A stretch of DNA of 64,000 nucleotides from an uncultured bacterium (GTDB lineage Bacteria; Patescibacteriota; Minisyncoccia; UBA6257; 2-01-FULL-56-20). The position numbers were made by a program, and so were the translations under genes. Positions within the stretch are counted from its first letter, which is position 1. The number at the start of each line of letters is the position of its first letter. Below are positions 1 through 10,274 of the stretch, in pieces. The notes below the pieces were generated by a model. The model saw nothing but the letters and a program-made list of their open reading frames with translations. It was not told the DNA's origin and ran no database searches. The stretch covers positions 642,172 through 706,171 of the forward strand of contig OY970358.1 of the NCBI GenBank assembly GCA_963718575.1, read 5' to 3'.

Positions 1-489
1 GCCGCGATCAACCCCGGCAATTCAGGCGGTCCATTGCTCGACCTTCGCGGCGATGTGATCGGTATCGATACTGCCGTCGCGGACGATGCGCAGAATATCG
101 GTTTTGCGATTCCGATCAACGAGGCAAAAGCGGTGATCGCTTCCGTCGAGGCGACCGGCCGGATCGAAGCGCCGTATCTCGGCGTGCGGTATGAAGATGT
201 GACGCCCGTGCTTGCCACGCAGAACAAGTTGCCGATCAGTTACGGCGCGTGGGTGAATAGCGATGGTCAGGGCCTGCCTGTGGTGCCCGGATCGCCTGCG
301 GCTGTGGCCGGCATTCAAGCGGGGGATATCATCGAATCGGTGAATGGGCTGAAGCTCGATAGCACCCACGATCTGGCGAATGTGATCAATGAATATAGCG
401 TAAGCAGCACGATAGCGCTCGTCGTTGACCGCGGAGGGAAGGAAATTACCCTGCAGGCGACGCTTGCCCAGCGCCCGGCAGGGGACTAG
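1..489 (+). CDS. HtrA/DegP-like serine protease, C-terminal part (5' truncated by window edge)
   Basis: GNSGGPL catalytic-serine motif at the window start, followed by a PDZ-like region; stop TAG at 487-489. Confidence 0.8.
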   Translation, partial: AAINPGNSGGPLLDLRGDVIGIDTAVADDAQNIGFAIPINEAKAVIASVEATGRIEAPYLGVRYEDVTPVLATQNKLPISYGAWVNSDGQGLPVVPGSPAAVAGIQAGDIIESVNGLKLDSTHDLANVINEYSVSSTIALVVDRGGKEITLQATLAQRPAGD

Positions 490-533
490 ATTCGCGATGG
501 GCGGCGGGTGTCATTAGCAGTCTCCCCTCGAGA

Positions 534-561
534 TTGACAATGACGCTTTCCGCGCTATAAT
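534..561 (+). promoter_or_regulatory. Sigma70-type promoter TTGACA-16-TATAAT upstream of clpB
   Basis: TTGACA at 534-539 and TATAAT at 556-561 with a 16-nt spacer. A 9-bp inverted repeat GCGCGGTAT..ATACCGCGC (578-618) follows. Confidence 0.45.
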
Positions 562-649
562 TGATATATATCGGTGCTTGGCGCGGTATAATGAGTTAAG
601 AACTTTTTAATACCGCGCGGGGTAGTATAAGGTAAAAAATAAAAATTAC

Positions 650-3338
650 ATGCCAAACTTTCATCGTTTCACTATAAAGGCGCAGGAGGCGTTGCAGAAC
701 GCGCAGGAGATCGCGGCAAAGAAGAATCACGGCGAGCTGAAATCGCTCCATTTGCTTGCGGCGCTACTTGGAAGATGAGCAGTCGCTCGTGATCCCGGTG
801 CTCGAACGCTCCGGCGTCAATCTTGAGGAGCTCGACGAGCAGATCGAGGTTGAACTCGATCGCATTCCGCCTATCGTGAGTAACAGCGCGCTTGGCCAGC
901 TCTATCTTTCGCAGGAGTTGATGAAAGTGCTCGACCAGGCGGCGAAGGTCGCTGCGCAACAGAAGGATGAGTTCGTTTCATGCGAACATCTTTTGCTTGC
1001 CCTGCTCGATGTGAACGGCACGGCAAAGTCGTTGCTCGAAAAGTTCGGCGTGCGCCGCGAAGGCGCGTTCCGCGTGCTGGCGCAGCTGCGCGGCTCGGTG
1101 CGCGTGACCGATGAGACTCCGGAGAGCAAGTTCCAGGTACTTGAAAAATATGCCATCAACTTGAGCGACAAGGCCAAGGCGGGGGAGCTTGATCCGGTCA
1201 TCGGCCGCGAGGAAGAGTTGCGCCGCCTGATGCAGGTGCTCTCGCGCCGCACGAAGAACAATCCGTGCCTTATCGGCGAGCCGGGCGTGGGAAAGACCGC
1301 AATCGTGGAGGGATTGGCTCAGCGCATCGCCTCGGGCGACGTGCCGGAGCTTCTTAAGGGCAAGCAAGTTTTAATGTTAGATCTCGGCTCGCTTATCGCC
1401 GGAACCAAGTTTCGTGGCGAGTTCGAGGATCGCCTGAAGGCGTTCATGAAGGAGGTGAAGAACGCGCAGGGCAATATCATCTTATTTATAGACGAGATCC
1501 ACACGATCGTCGGTGCCGGCGCGGCGGAAGGCGCGATTGATGCGTCGAATTTGCTGAAGCCCGCTCTCGCGCGCGGCGAACTCCACGCGATCGGCGCGAC
1601 GACGATCCGCGAATATCAGAAATATATAGAGAAGGATCCGGCGCTCGAGCGCCGCTTCCAGCCTATTATAGTGGAGGAGCCGTCCATCGAGGATTCGATC
1701 TCGATTTTGCGCGGGCTCAAGGAGAAGTACGAGATCCATCACGGCATGCGCATCAGCGATGAGGCGATCGTGGAAGCCGTGAATCTTTCCGCGCGCTACA
1801 TCACCGACCGGTTCTTGCCGGATAAGGCGGTGGATCTGATCGACGAGGCCGCCGCGGCGCGCCGGTTGGAGTCGGAGAGTTTGCCGAAGGAGATCGACCA
1901 GGCGCGCCGCGAGATCACGCGGCTTGAGATCGAAAAGCAGGCGCTTTCGCAGGAAGGGCAGAAGCTCGTCACCACCGAGCGTATCAAGGAGATCGACAAA
2001 CAGCTCGGGGCATTGAAAGAGCAGAATGATGAGCTTTCAAGCAAGTGGCACTCGGAAAAGATCAAATTTGAAACATTACACCAGCTTCGCCAAAAGGTGG
2101 ATAACTTAAAGCGCGAGGCGGAGATCGCCGAGCGGGACGGCAACCTCGAGCGCGTGGCACAGATCATGTACGGTGAACAGCCTGCGGCCGAAAAGGATTT
2201 CGCGATGTTTGAAAAGAAGAACTTTGGCGGTTCGACAGGAACGGCGGTGAAAGGCAAGAAGACGAAGGGTGCGGCCGGAACAAACAATCCCGCCGCCGCC
2301 AACAGCCGTTTCCTTAAGGAATCCGTGGACAAAGAGGATGTTGCCGCGGTCGTTGCTGTGTGGACCGGCATTCCGCTGAAGCGCATGCTCGAGACCGACA
2401 GTGATAAACTTATCCGCATCGAGGACGTGTTACGCGAGCGCGTGATCGGCCAGGACGAGGCGATCGCTTCTGTTTCATCGGCATTGCGCCGTTCCCGCGC
2501 CGGGCTTTCGGACGAAAATCGTCCGATCGGCTCGTTCATGTTCCTCGGTCCGACCGGCGTCGGCAAGACCGAGCTCGCGCGGACACTCGCGGAGTTCATG
2601 TTCAACGACGAGAAGGCGCTCGTGCGCGTGGATATGTCCGAATATATGGAGCGGCATGCGGTCAGCCGCCTGATCGGTTCGCCCCCGGGCTATGTGGGCC
2701 ACGAGGAAGGCGGCCAGCTCACCGAGATCGTCCGCCATCGCCCGTACAGCCTCATCCTTTTCGACGAGATCGAAAAAGCGCATCCGGAGGTCTTCAATCT
2801 GCTTTTGCAGGTATTGGATAACGGCCGCCTTACCGACAGCAAGGGCAAAACCGTCAACTTCAAGAATTCGATCATCATCATGACGTCGAACGTCGGGAGC
2901 GAGCACTTAAAAGCGATGTCGCGCATCGGATTCAGCTCCGAGGACAATCAGGCGACGGTGGAGGAAGGGGATTATCGCGAAAAAACGATGGAAGCCCTGC
3001 GCGGCAGTTTCCGCCCGGAGTTTTTGAACCGCATCGATGATGTGGTCATCTTCAATCCGCTCCGCAAGCACGACATCGAGAAGATCGTGGACATTCAGAT
3101 CAAGCTGATCGAGAAGCGCCTCGCCGATCGTCGCATCAAGCTCGAGATCGAGTCTGCGGCGCGCGCCCACCTTGCCAAAGAAGGGTTCAGCGCCGAATAT
3201 GGCGCGCGCCCCTTGAAGCGATTGATGCAGAAGGTTATCCTTGATAAGTTGGCGGATAAGATTATTCGCGGCGAATTCAAAGATGGCGGAAAGGTTAAAG
3301 TCAATTTTAAAGCAAACGAGCTGGTCTTTAGTTCTTAA
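650..3338 (+). CDS. clpB: ClpB disaggregase chaperone (AAA+), with an apparent 1-nt frameshift near 770
   Basis: Two Walker A motifs ([16 protein letters not shown]), a coiled-coil middle domain and overall ClpB architecture. The N-domain ([19 protein letters not shown]...HLLAALL) is in frame 2 from ATG 650 and hits TGA at 776. The rest (EDEQSLV...) is in frame 3 from 756. Confidence 0.9.
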
Positions 3339-4023
3339 GGCCGTCATTTTTGGCATTGCGTGGTGGGCATTGCCTTCCTGGCTATTCCTCGTTTTCCTTG
3401 TCATCGCGTTTTATCTTTACTTCATCCCGATCACGGGCGCCGGAAAGGTTTCGGCGCCCTTTTTCGTCCTTTTGTTGATATCGCTTTTTCAAGGGAAAAG
3501 CATCCTCGCGGCGGTTCTCTTTGCGGCCATCTTCTACTTCATTCTCCTCATCAAAGACCTCCTCATCATCGACCGGCGCTCGGCGTACGAGATCCTCATG
3601 CTCGTGCTTTCATACTTGCTCGTGCGAAGTTTTTTCTTGAACGTCGGCGGCTCGTTCGGCCTGGAGGCGGTGGCCTACAGCATCCTCGCCGCCTGGGGGA
3701 TGAGCGCGCTCGTCATGGGATTCGTTAAAAATTTTTCCGATGCGTCGACGGATCATGCGGGCGAAGAGGCCATGCACGAGCTCCATCCGTTCCATCGCAT
3801 GCTCGGCTGGATGGTATTCCTTCTTGCGTGGCAGCTGCTCCTCGTCGGGCTTTTTCTTCCGCTCGATTTTCTTTACCAATCGGCGATCGTCTTCCTTGTA
3901 TCCGTCATTTTGATCGATCTCGTGCCGCAATATGTTTTTGGTCAGCTTTCCCGCACAAAAGTATTGGCTACGGGAAGCGTGCTTTTTGCACTACTCGTCA
4001 TCGTGCTCGCCTCCGCCCGCTGA
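3283..4023 (+). CDS. Integral membrane protein, hypothetical (multi-TM)
   Basis: Long ORF with hydrophobic segments; the start is ambiguous (ATG 3283 overlaps the clpB 3' end; ORF opens at 3241). Confidence 0.5.
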   Translation: MAERLKSILKQTSWSLVLKAVIFGIAWWALPSWLFLVFLVIAFYLYFIPITGAGKVSAPFFVLLLISLFQGKSILAAVLFAAIFYFILLIKDLLIIDRRSAYEILMLVLSYLLVRSFFLNVGGSFGLEAVAYSILAAWGMSALVMGFVKNFSDASTDHAGEEAMHELHPFHRMLGWMVFLLAWQLLLVGLFLPLDFLYQSAIVFLVSVILIDLVPQYVFGQLSRTKVLATGSVLFALLVIVLASAR

Positions 4024-4036
4024 GAGGATCCTTCTT

Positions 4037-4453
4037 ATGCAAAAAGATTTAGATAGCGTAAAAAACGACCTTAAGGATGTTAAATCGAAAGTGGACGACA
4101 TATCTCCAAAAATGGAAATTCTATGGAATGATGAGATTGCTCCGGCTCATTCTCGGCGAATATTAAATGAATATGGAGAAAAAGTTTTGAGAGGGAGCGG
4201 AATAAAAGATATTATCGATAAGAAGAGGGCAGAGCTTTTTAAGCTTGTAGCGGAGAAGGGGTCAAAAAATATTTATGACGTGGAAGAGGATATTCTTACC
4301 GTGGCCAAGCAATTACCGGAGCGTTATCCCGAAATCGTGGATATGTTAAAAACTGGGGCATTTAACACGGGAGCCGATCTGAACGTCGTTCTCTATGCGG
4401 GTGGTATTTATCTTTGGGATCTGATTTTGCCGGATCTTGGATTTCCCGCATAA
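4037..4453 (+). CDS. Hypothetical protein (AT-rich gene)
   Basis: ATG 4037 preceded by GAGAGGA; lower GC than the surrounding sequence. Confidence 0.45.
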   Translation: MQKDLDSVKNDLKDVKSKVDDISPKMEILWNDEIAPAHSRRILNEYGEKVLRGSGIKDIIDKKRAELFKLVAEKGSKNIYDVEEDILTVAKQLPERYPEIVDMLKTGAFNTGADLNVVLYAGGIYLWDLILPDLGFPA

Positions 4454-4456
4454 ACC

Positions 4457-4485
4457 TTGCAATTGCCGGATTGCCGGATTATAAT
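4457..4485 (+). promoter_or_regulatory. Consensus promoter TTGCAA-17-TATAAT whose spacer is the direct repeat TTGCCGGAT TTGCCGGAT
   Basis: TTGCAA at 4457-4462, a 17-nt spacer (ttgccggattgccggat) and TATAAT at 4480-4485. ATG at 4494 makes the transcript leaderless. Confidence 0.5.
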
Positions 4486-4493
4486 CCCCGCAT

Positions 4494-5219
4494 ATGAGCG
4501 AGACCGGCAAAGAGCGTTTTATCCTGACGAAGGCTTATGAAGTGGCCTACGCGCTATTCCGTTTAGCGGCGCAGATGCAGGAAAAAGACTTTGCCGAACC
4601 GCTCCGGGCATCCGGCATCGCACTTCTTTCCGCCGCCGCAGCGGAGGATTATTCCGCCGCCGAGCGCTCGCTCCGGGTGATGGAATGCCTGATCAAATTC
4701 GGGGGAGACGTTGGAATGATCGGCACCGCAAACGTAGATGTGATGACCCGAGAGATTTATGCTCTCGATATGGCGATCGCGGAACGGAGGACTGCTGTAA
4801 AGACCGATGAAGTGAACGTTGCCGAAATATTCTCTAGGCCGGAAATTGCAGAGCACCCTGCTGATCCGGAAAAAGAACCTTCACCGACGCGCATTCACAC
4901 AGAACCCGTTCGTTCGGCTGAACCGGCAATCCGGCAACCGGCAAATGATTCGGCAATCCGGCAAAGCGCGATATTGGAACGTATCCGGCAATCCGGCAAT
5001 TGCCGATTAAAGGACATTCAGGAGCTTTTGCCGGGGACGAGTGAACGAACGATTCGCTATGATCTGCAAACATTGCTTGAGCAAGGGCATATTGAACGAA
5101 TCGGCAATGCCGGACCGTCGGTGTTCTACCGCGCAGCGCAGAGGGGAAATCTCTCCAGGCCGGAGGTGAGCGTGAGCATCCCGGCAGACGCCGAAAACTA
5201 CGTCCCGAACATCGGGTAA
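4494..5219 (+). CDS. Helical N-domain protein with a C-terminal winged-helix (DeoR-like) HTH; contains IRQ repeats
   Basis: C-terminal sequence LKDIQELLPGTSERTIRYDLQTLLEQGHIERIG is typical of a wHTH. Internal peptide repeats AIRQ are encoded by ATCCGGCAA DNA repeats. Confidence 0.55.
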   Translation: MSETGKERFILTKAYEVAYALFRLAAQMQEKDFAEPLRASGIALLSAAAAEDYSAAERSLRVMECLIKFGGDVGMIGTANVDVMTREIYALDMAIAERRTAVKTDEVNVAEIFSRPEIAEHPADPEKEPSPTRIHTEPVRSAEPAIRQPANDSAIRQSAILERIRQSGNCRLKDIQELLPGTSERTIRYDLQTLLEQGHIERIGNAGPSVFYRAAQRGNLSRPEVSVSIPADAENYVPNIG

Positions 5220-5421
5220 CCTTTCGCCTGGCGACACGTTCTATACATGTGCCGTTAGACGAAAGGTTTTGGAGCGGTGCAAAGCACTTTATCCACACCT
5301 TTTTCCCAGCGGGAAACGTAGTATGTGCGGTACAATAGTAGAGGTTCGGTGTGAGGCTGAACCAAAGAATGTATTGAGCGGTCGTTAATTTTTTAGCGGC
5401 AGCTAACTATATTTTTATCAG

Positions 5422-5450
5422 CCTCGCGAAAGCGAGTTTTTTCTTTTTTT
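5422..5450 (+). terminator. Rho-independent terminator-like hairpin (CTCGC GAAA GCGAG + T-run)
   Basis: GC stem followed by TTTTTTCTTTTTTT. Confidence 0.45.
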
Positions 5451-5665
5451 AACAATCAACCCCGTTTTCGTCGCTCTCTTCTGTTTGATCGGTCGTCGCT
5501 TTCCCTCACGAGGCGATCGAAAGAGCGAACAGAGTGAAGTGCCGGAAACGGTTCCTGAAACAAAAAATAAAAACGTGATTTGGTGCACGGAAAGGTCGAC
5601 GGCTAGGGGATCCATAATGGATCAACAGGTCGATACCAATAATTAATCGATAAATTAAATTAAAA

Positions 5666-8600
5666 ATGAATTCTAAAAAATTGGTTTCCGCGGTACTCAC
5701 CGCCACCACAGTGTTGTGGATGGTAGGAGCCGCAGCGTTGCCTCTGGCAAACGCGCAGACCACATCGAGCCTCCAGGCTCAGATCGCGGCTTTGCTCGCC
5801 CAGATCCAAACACTCCAGGGCCAATTAAATTCTTCCGGCAGCACGACGACAACGACCGGTTCGATGACCTATGACTTTACCAGCGACCTCACCGTTGGTT
5901 CCACAGGCTCGCAGGTCACGGCGCTCCAGGAGTTTTTGATTGCCAAGGGGTATCTCGTTCTCGCCACTCCGACCCAGTACTTCGGTGCGCTTACCCAAGC
6001 TGCACTCGCAAAGTTCCAGGCCGCGAATGGCATCACTCCTTCCGTTGGCTACTTTGGTCCTAAGACGCGAGCCTTCGTTAATTCGATGAGCTCGTCCACG
6101 ACCACGACGACCACGACCACCACCGGTTCCCTTCCGGCTGGCTGCACTTCATCGACTGGCTTCAGCCCGACGACCGGTGCTTCCTGCTCGACAGGCGTGA
6201 CCTCGGTTGTCGCTCCTTCGACTGGTTTGGCGATAAGCTTGGCTTCCACCAACCCGGCAGCCGGCTCGCTCATCACGACCGCACCTAATACTTCCGGTTC
6301 GGGCGCGGCACGCGTTCCGGTTTTGGCAATAAACCTCACGGCTGGCAATGCTGGCGCAGCGACGGTTTCTGCAATCAACTTCCACAAGACCGGCGTCTTG
6401 TCGGACAGTGCGGTTGGCGGCGCATACTTGATCCAGAACGGTCAGGTTGTGGCGCAGTACAACTCGCTTAGCAATGGCGTGATCAGTTTCTCTGGCATGA
6501 GCTTGTCGATTCCGGCAGGCCAGACGGAGACCTATGAACTCGCTATTGACGTCGAGGGCGGTCTCTCGGCAGGAAACACGACAGGCTTCTCTTTAAATGC
6601 CGCGTCTGATGTTACCGCATTCGATGCCAACAACAACGCGATCACCCCGAGCGGCTCGTTCCCGTTGAGTGGTAACGTCTTCACGGTAACGTCTGTCAGC
6701 AACCCTGGCCTCGCGAGCGTAACGGTCACTACGTCTTCAGTACAGACGTCGGTGAACGCCGGCACGCAGGGCAATGTGGTTGGTGCATGGAACTTCAATG
6801 TCCAGAACAACACGGTATGGTTGAACAGCATTGCATTCCACGTCATCGGCTCTGCCAATATGGCCAATCTTCAGAACGTGAAGCTCTTGATCAACGGCAC
6901 GCAGGCGGGTGCAACCTTGGCTTCGGTTGGTTCAAACGACATAGCGTACTTCAATTTGGCCTCCGCTCCGGTGTCTCTCAATACGGGTAATAACACTATC
7001 CAGATCGAGAACGACGTTGCAGGTTCGCCGAACATGAACTTCCAGTGGGAGGTTTTGAATGGCTATGACGTTTATGCAGTCGACAGCCAGTACAATGTTC
7101 CGGTTTCTGTTGCGATCACATCCGGCGCTGATGCGCAGGTGTCGATCCAGCCGGGCCAGATCACGGTTCAACAGGATTCGAACACCCCGACGGGGAACAT
7201 TGCGAAAGGTGTTTCGCAGGTCACTCTCGGCAAGTTCGACTTCTATGCATCCGGCGAACCGACGAAGGTCAAATTCCTTGGCTTCTCGTTGGCCTTCACC
7301 GGCTTGAATACGGCGTCCGACACATCGCTCAGCTCCATCGTAAAGAACATTTCTTTGACGGATGATGCCGGTCAGCAGGTTGGTTCAACGATCAACACGC
7401 CTCCGACTGGTAACACGTGCGACAACTCGGTTGGCGCGGGCGGCGTAAATACCAACGGCACATTCGTCACCACTGGCCAAAACCAGTCGGTCACTTACGT
7501 TGACTGCTTTGGTACCTCCGCTTCGCCGATCAATTATGTGATCCCGGCGAACACGACCCGTGTCCTTTCGCTCAAGGCTGACATCCAGTCGACGGCGAAC
7601 TTCGGCACGATCACGGCTGGCTTACAGCAGGAGACCAACAACTTGCAGGGCCAGATCTCAAGCAGCCAGAACAGCTCAGGACAGGTGAGTGGGAGCGCAT
7701 TGTCGCTTTCCAACTCTTCTTTGACGGCGACCCAGAACACTGGTTTTGGTACGCAGTCAGTGTCCAAGAATACGAGCGATCAACAGATCGGTTCGTACTC
7801 TTTGACCGCTTCCTCGGCTGAAGGCGTGAATGTCAGCAACTTGAGCATCCTTACGAATTCCACCTGGGGCGCCCCTCAAGGCTACTTCTCTAACTTGGAA
7901 GTGGTTGTGAATGGCACGGAGTTCGGCACCATCGTGCCGAGCGTTGCTCCGGGAACGACGTATACCTTCTCAGGTTCTTCGTTCAGCGTTCCGGCAGGCC
8001 AGACGGTCACCGTGAACGTGTTTGCGAATATCAGCTCTCAGGCATCGGGTAACACGACTGGCGGAGCTACCTCGCTCACCGGCCTCAGCGGCACCGGCCA
8101 AATCTCCAATGCGGCAATCTCTTTGCCTGCAACGGTTCAGGGCCAGAACGTGACGGTCTCGAGCGGCTCTAACATCGCCATCTCGGCGAACTCGGGTAGC
8201 AACCCGGCAGCCGGTCAGGTCGCTATGGGCACTCCGGGACAGGTTCTCGCTGCCTATAACTTCCAGGAGACGCAGAATGTTGAGAACGTCAAGGTCTCAA
8301 CGCTCGACCTCGTGGATGTCTTGGCTACCTCTACGGTGGTAACCAGCACCGCGAATGTCTTGCCGTCCTTCAACGCAATAACGTTGAACTGGGCCAACGG
8401 ATCCACGCAGGAAAGCAGCCCGGCAAACTACGTAGGAACCACTACGGTCGCTGGCCAGACTGCATTCCTCTATCAGTTCTCGTTCGGCAATTCGAGCAAC
8501 TTCATCATCCCTCGCAATGGTACTTTGCAGACCATCTTGAAGGGTAATGTGAACACGTACTCGAATGGAAACGTGACTGATGGTAGCGTGCACACCTTTG

Positions 8601-9250
8601 AGATCGCTACCTCGACGTATGCCCCCACGGCAACGTCAACGGCAGTGGCTTTGGGTGCTACATCCAACATCCCCGCTACGGTTACGATCAATTCCGCAAA
8701 TGGCAATGCACAGACGATCTTGCAGAACAGCTTAGGCTTCTCGTATGCCCAAGTTGGTGTCTCTCAGGGTCGCAGCAAGAGCTCTGCTGACGAGTTGGCC
8801 ACTTTGACCTTCACGCCGAGCAATAGCGGAGTTGGTGTGATCACTACGACGACAGTTACCTTTAGTGGTAATGCGGCTACTACAACCACCGCGGGAGATG
8901 CCGAGTTGGCACTCGTTTCTGGCAGTGGCTTTGTCGCACCGTACATCACTCCGGTGGCGACGTCGAGCTGCAATGGCAGCAATTCCTGCACAGCAACCTT
9001 CTCCTTCACGCCTTCGCAGGGCTTGGTAAATGGCACTCCGGTGACCTATGCCTTGATCCTCAACGATGCGGCTGGGACAACGGTGGCTGGCGGTCAGAAC
9101 TACGTGAGCTTGTATGCAACTATCGCCAATGCAAATGCCATCCTTTACACGGACGGCAACTCTGGTACGACGGTCAGCGGTGTAGGCTTGCCTTCATCGT
9201 TCCTGTTCCCGATCCAGGTCTTCGGCGCTCAGTTCTCGCAGGGTTCCTAG
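5666..9250 (+). CDS. Large secreted surface protein (1194 aa): signal peptide, coiled-coil, peptidoglycan-binding domain, long Ser/Thr/Asn-rich beta-repeat region
   Basis: N-terminal hydrophobic signal sequence. PG_binding_1-like segment (TVGSTGSQVTALQEFLIAKGY...FGPKTRAF). poly-Thr linkers and a low-complexity repeat body. Confidence 0.75.
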   Translation: MNSKKLVSAVLTATTVLWMVGAAALPLANAQTTSSLQAQIAALLAQIQTLQGQLNSSGSTTTTTGSMTYDFTSDLTVGSTGSQVTALQEFLIAKGYLVLATPTQYFGALTQAALAKFQAANGITPSVGYFGPKTRAFVNSMSSSTTTTTTTTTGSLPAGCTSSTGFSPTTGASCSTGVTSVVAPSTGLAISLASTNPAAGSLITTAPNTSGSGAARVPVLAINLTAGNAGAATVSAINFHKTGVLSDSAVGGAYLIQNGQVVAQYNSLSNGVISFSGMSLSIPAGQTETYELAIDVEGGLSAGNTTGFSLNAASDVTAFDANNNAITPSGSFPLSGNVFTVTSVSNPGLASVTVTTSSVQTSVNAGTQGNVVGAWNFNVQNNTVWLNSIAFHVIGSANMANLQNVKLLINGTQAGATLASVGSNDIAYFNLASAPVSLNTGNNTIQIENDVAGSPNMNFQWEVLNGYDVYAVDSQYNVPVSVAITSGADAQVSIQPGQITVQQDSNTPTGNIAKGVSQVTLGKFDFYASGEPTKVKFLGFSLAFTGLNTASDTSLSSIVKNISLTDDAGQQVGSTINTPPTGNTCDNSVGAGGVNTNGTFVTTGQNQSVTYVDCFGTSASPINYVIPANTTRVLSLKADIQSTANFGTITAGLQQETNNLQGQISSSQNSSGQVSGSALSLSNSSLTATQNTGFGTQSVSKNTSDQQIGSYSLTASSAEGVNVSNLSILTNSTWGAPQGYFSNLEVVVNGTEFGTIVPSVAPGTTYTFSGSSFSVPAGQTVTVNVFANISSQASGNTTGGATSLTGLSGTGQISNAAISLPATVQGQNVTVSSGSNIAISANSGSNPAAGQVAMGTPGQVLAAYNFQETQNVENVKVSTLDLVDVLATSTVVTSTANVLPSFNAITLNWANGSTQESSPANYVGTTTVAGQTAFLYQFSFGNSSNFIIPRNGTLQTILKGNVNTYSNGNVTDGSVHTFEIATSTYAPTATSTAVALGATSNIPATVTINSANGNAQTILQNSLGFSYAQVGVSQGRSKSSADELATLTFTPSNSGVGVITTTTVTFSGNAATTTTAGDAELALVSGSGFVAPYITPVATSSCNGSNSCTATFSFTPSQGLVNGTPVTYALILNDAAGTTVAGGQNYVSLYATIANANAILYTDGNSGTTVSGVGLPSSFLFPIQVFGAQFSQGS

Positions 9251-9288
9251 TTCTAGCAAAACTTCGCGCGATGCTTGTGACCTCGCGT

Positions 9289-9319
9289 GATGGAAAACTC
9301 CCCGGCTTCGGCCGGGGAG
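9289..9319 (+). terminator. Rho-independent terminator (CTCCCCGGC TTCG GCCGGGGAG + TTTTCGTTT)
   Basis: Perfect 9-bp GC stem with a T-rich tail, downstream of the 1194-aa gene. Confidence 0.6.
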
Positions 9320-9464
9320 TTTTCGTTTGGGTAGGGCAGCACCGCGGCCACCCTGGGTGCTTGGCGCGTAGCTAACCCCCCCTGTGCAGAAAACCCTTGA
9401 TTTTGCTATACTAAAAGGGAGCTAAAAGCGCGAAAGGTCGGAAAAGAAAATAATTATTACATCA

Positions 9465-9740
9465 ATGAATAAAAAAGGATTAGTGGAAGCGGTCATGAAG
9501 GCGACGGGTATCGAGACGAAGGCGGCCGCAGAGCGTGCAGTGGAAGCCGTTTTTGACACCATCGTAAAGACCATGGGCCGCGGCGAGGAAGTCGCGATCA
9601 CGGGCTTTGGAACGTTCCGCGTTGCCAAGCGCGCCGCGCGCGAAGGCCGCAACCCGAAGACCGGCGAAAAGATCCAGATCAAGGCTTCGATCAAACCGAA
9701 GTTCCGCGCCGGCAAGCTTCTCAAAGAGGCTGTGCTGTAA
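9465..9740 (+). CDS. hup: HU family DNA-binding protein
   Basis: 91 aa with the HU signature GFGTFRVAKRAAREGRNPKTGEKIQI. Confidence 0.9.
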   Translation: MNKKGLVEAVMKATGIETKAAAERAVEAVFDTIVKTMGRGEEVAITGFGTFRVAKRAAREGRNPKTGEKIQIKASIKPKFRAGKLLKEAVL

Positions 9741-9774
9741 TCGCTGAAAAAGGATCCTTCTTTAGTATCTTAAG

Positions 9775-9812
9775 ATGAAAAGCACCGCGTGAGGCGGTGT
9801 TTTTCATCTTTT
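9775..9812 (+). terminator. Terminator hairpin after hup
   Basis: CACCGC GTGAG GCGGTG followed by TTTTTCATCTTTTT. Confidence 0.55.
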
Positions 9813-9857
9813 TAATGAGCGATTCTTATGATGGTTGGTATGTTTCTGTCACGCAAA

Positions 9858-10253
9858 ATGAGTAAAGAGGAGATTGCTCTTTATAAATTTATACGAACGC
9901 GCGTATTCTTCATCAGGGGAACAAAGGTAATATTAAGCACGCATCTTGTCGGTCTCTATGGCATTGAACCTCGCGTTTTGATTCAGGCTTTCAAACGGAA
10001 CAAAGCTCATTTCCCCGACTGGTGTGTCTTTCAGCTTAATGCCGCTGAATTCAGCGCTTTGAAATCACATTTTGTGATTTCAGAATACAATCACATTCGG
10101 CGTTCTTTGCCATATGCCCTTACTGAGCAGGGAGTAGTGATCCTCTCCGGCATTCTACGAAGTGAGCGCGCTATCGCTATGAACATCGCCATTATGCGCG
10201 CATTTGTCCGACTACCTAGTCGTCCTTATCTGAAAGCGCGCCTTAGTGGGTAG
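9858..10253 (+). CDS. ORF6N (KilA-N/antirepressor-like) domain protein
   Basis: Sequence ...YGIEPRVLIQAFKRNKAHFPDWCVFQLNAAEFSALKSHF...LPYALTEQGVVILSGILRSERAIAMNIAIMRAFV matches the ORF6N family pattern; low-GC gene. Confidence 0.55.
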   Translation: MSKEEIALYKFIRTRVFFIRGTKVILSTHLVGLYGIEPRVLIQAFKRNKAHFPDWCVFQLNAAEFSALKSHFVISEYNHIRRSLPYALTEQGVVILSGILRSERAIAMNIAIMRAFVRLPSRPYLKARLSG

Positions 10254-10274
10254 GAGTTGTGGTAAAATAACGAT

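Noticed and set aside
1796-2605. 269-aa minus-strand ORF (and many similar ORFs of 60-240 aa antisense to clpB, the large surface proteins, pilus genes, gatA and others)
   Set aside because: Antisense to well-supported genes; their Ser/Arg/Ala-rich composition marks them as shadow frames.
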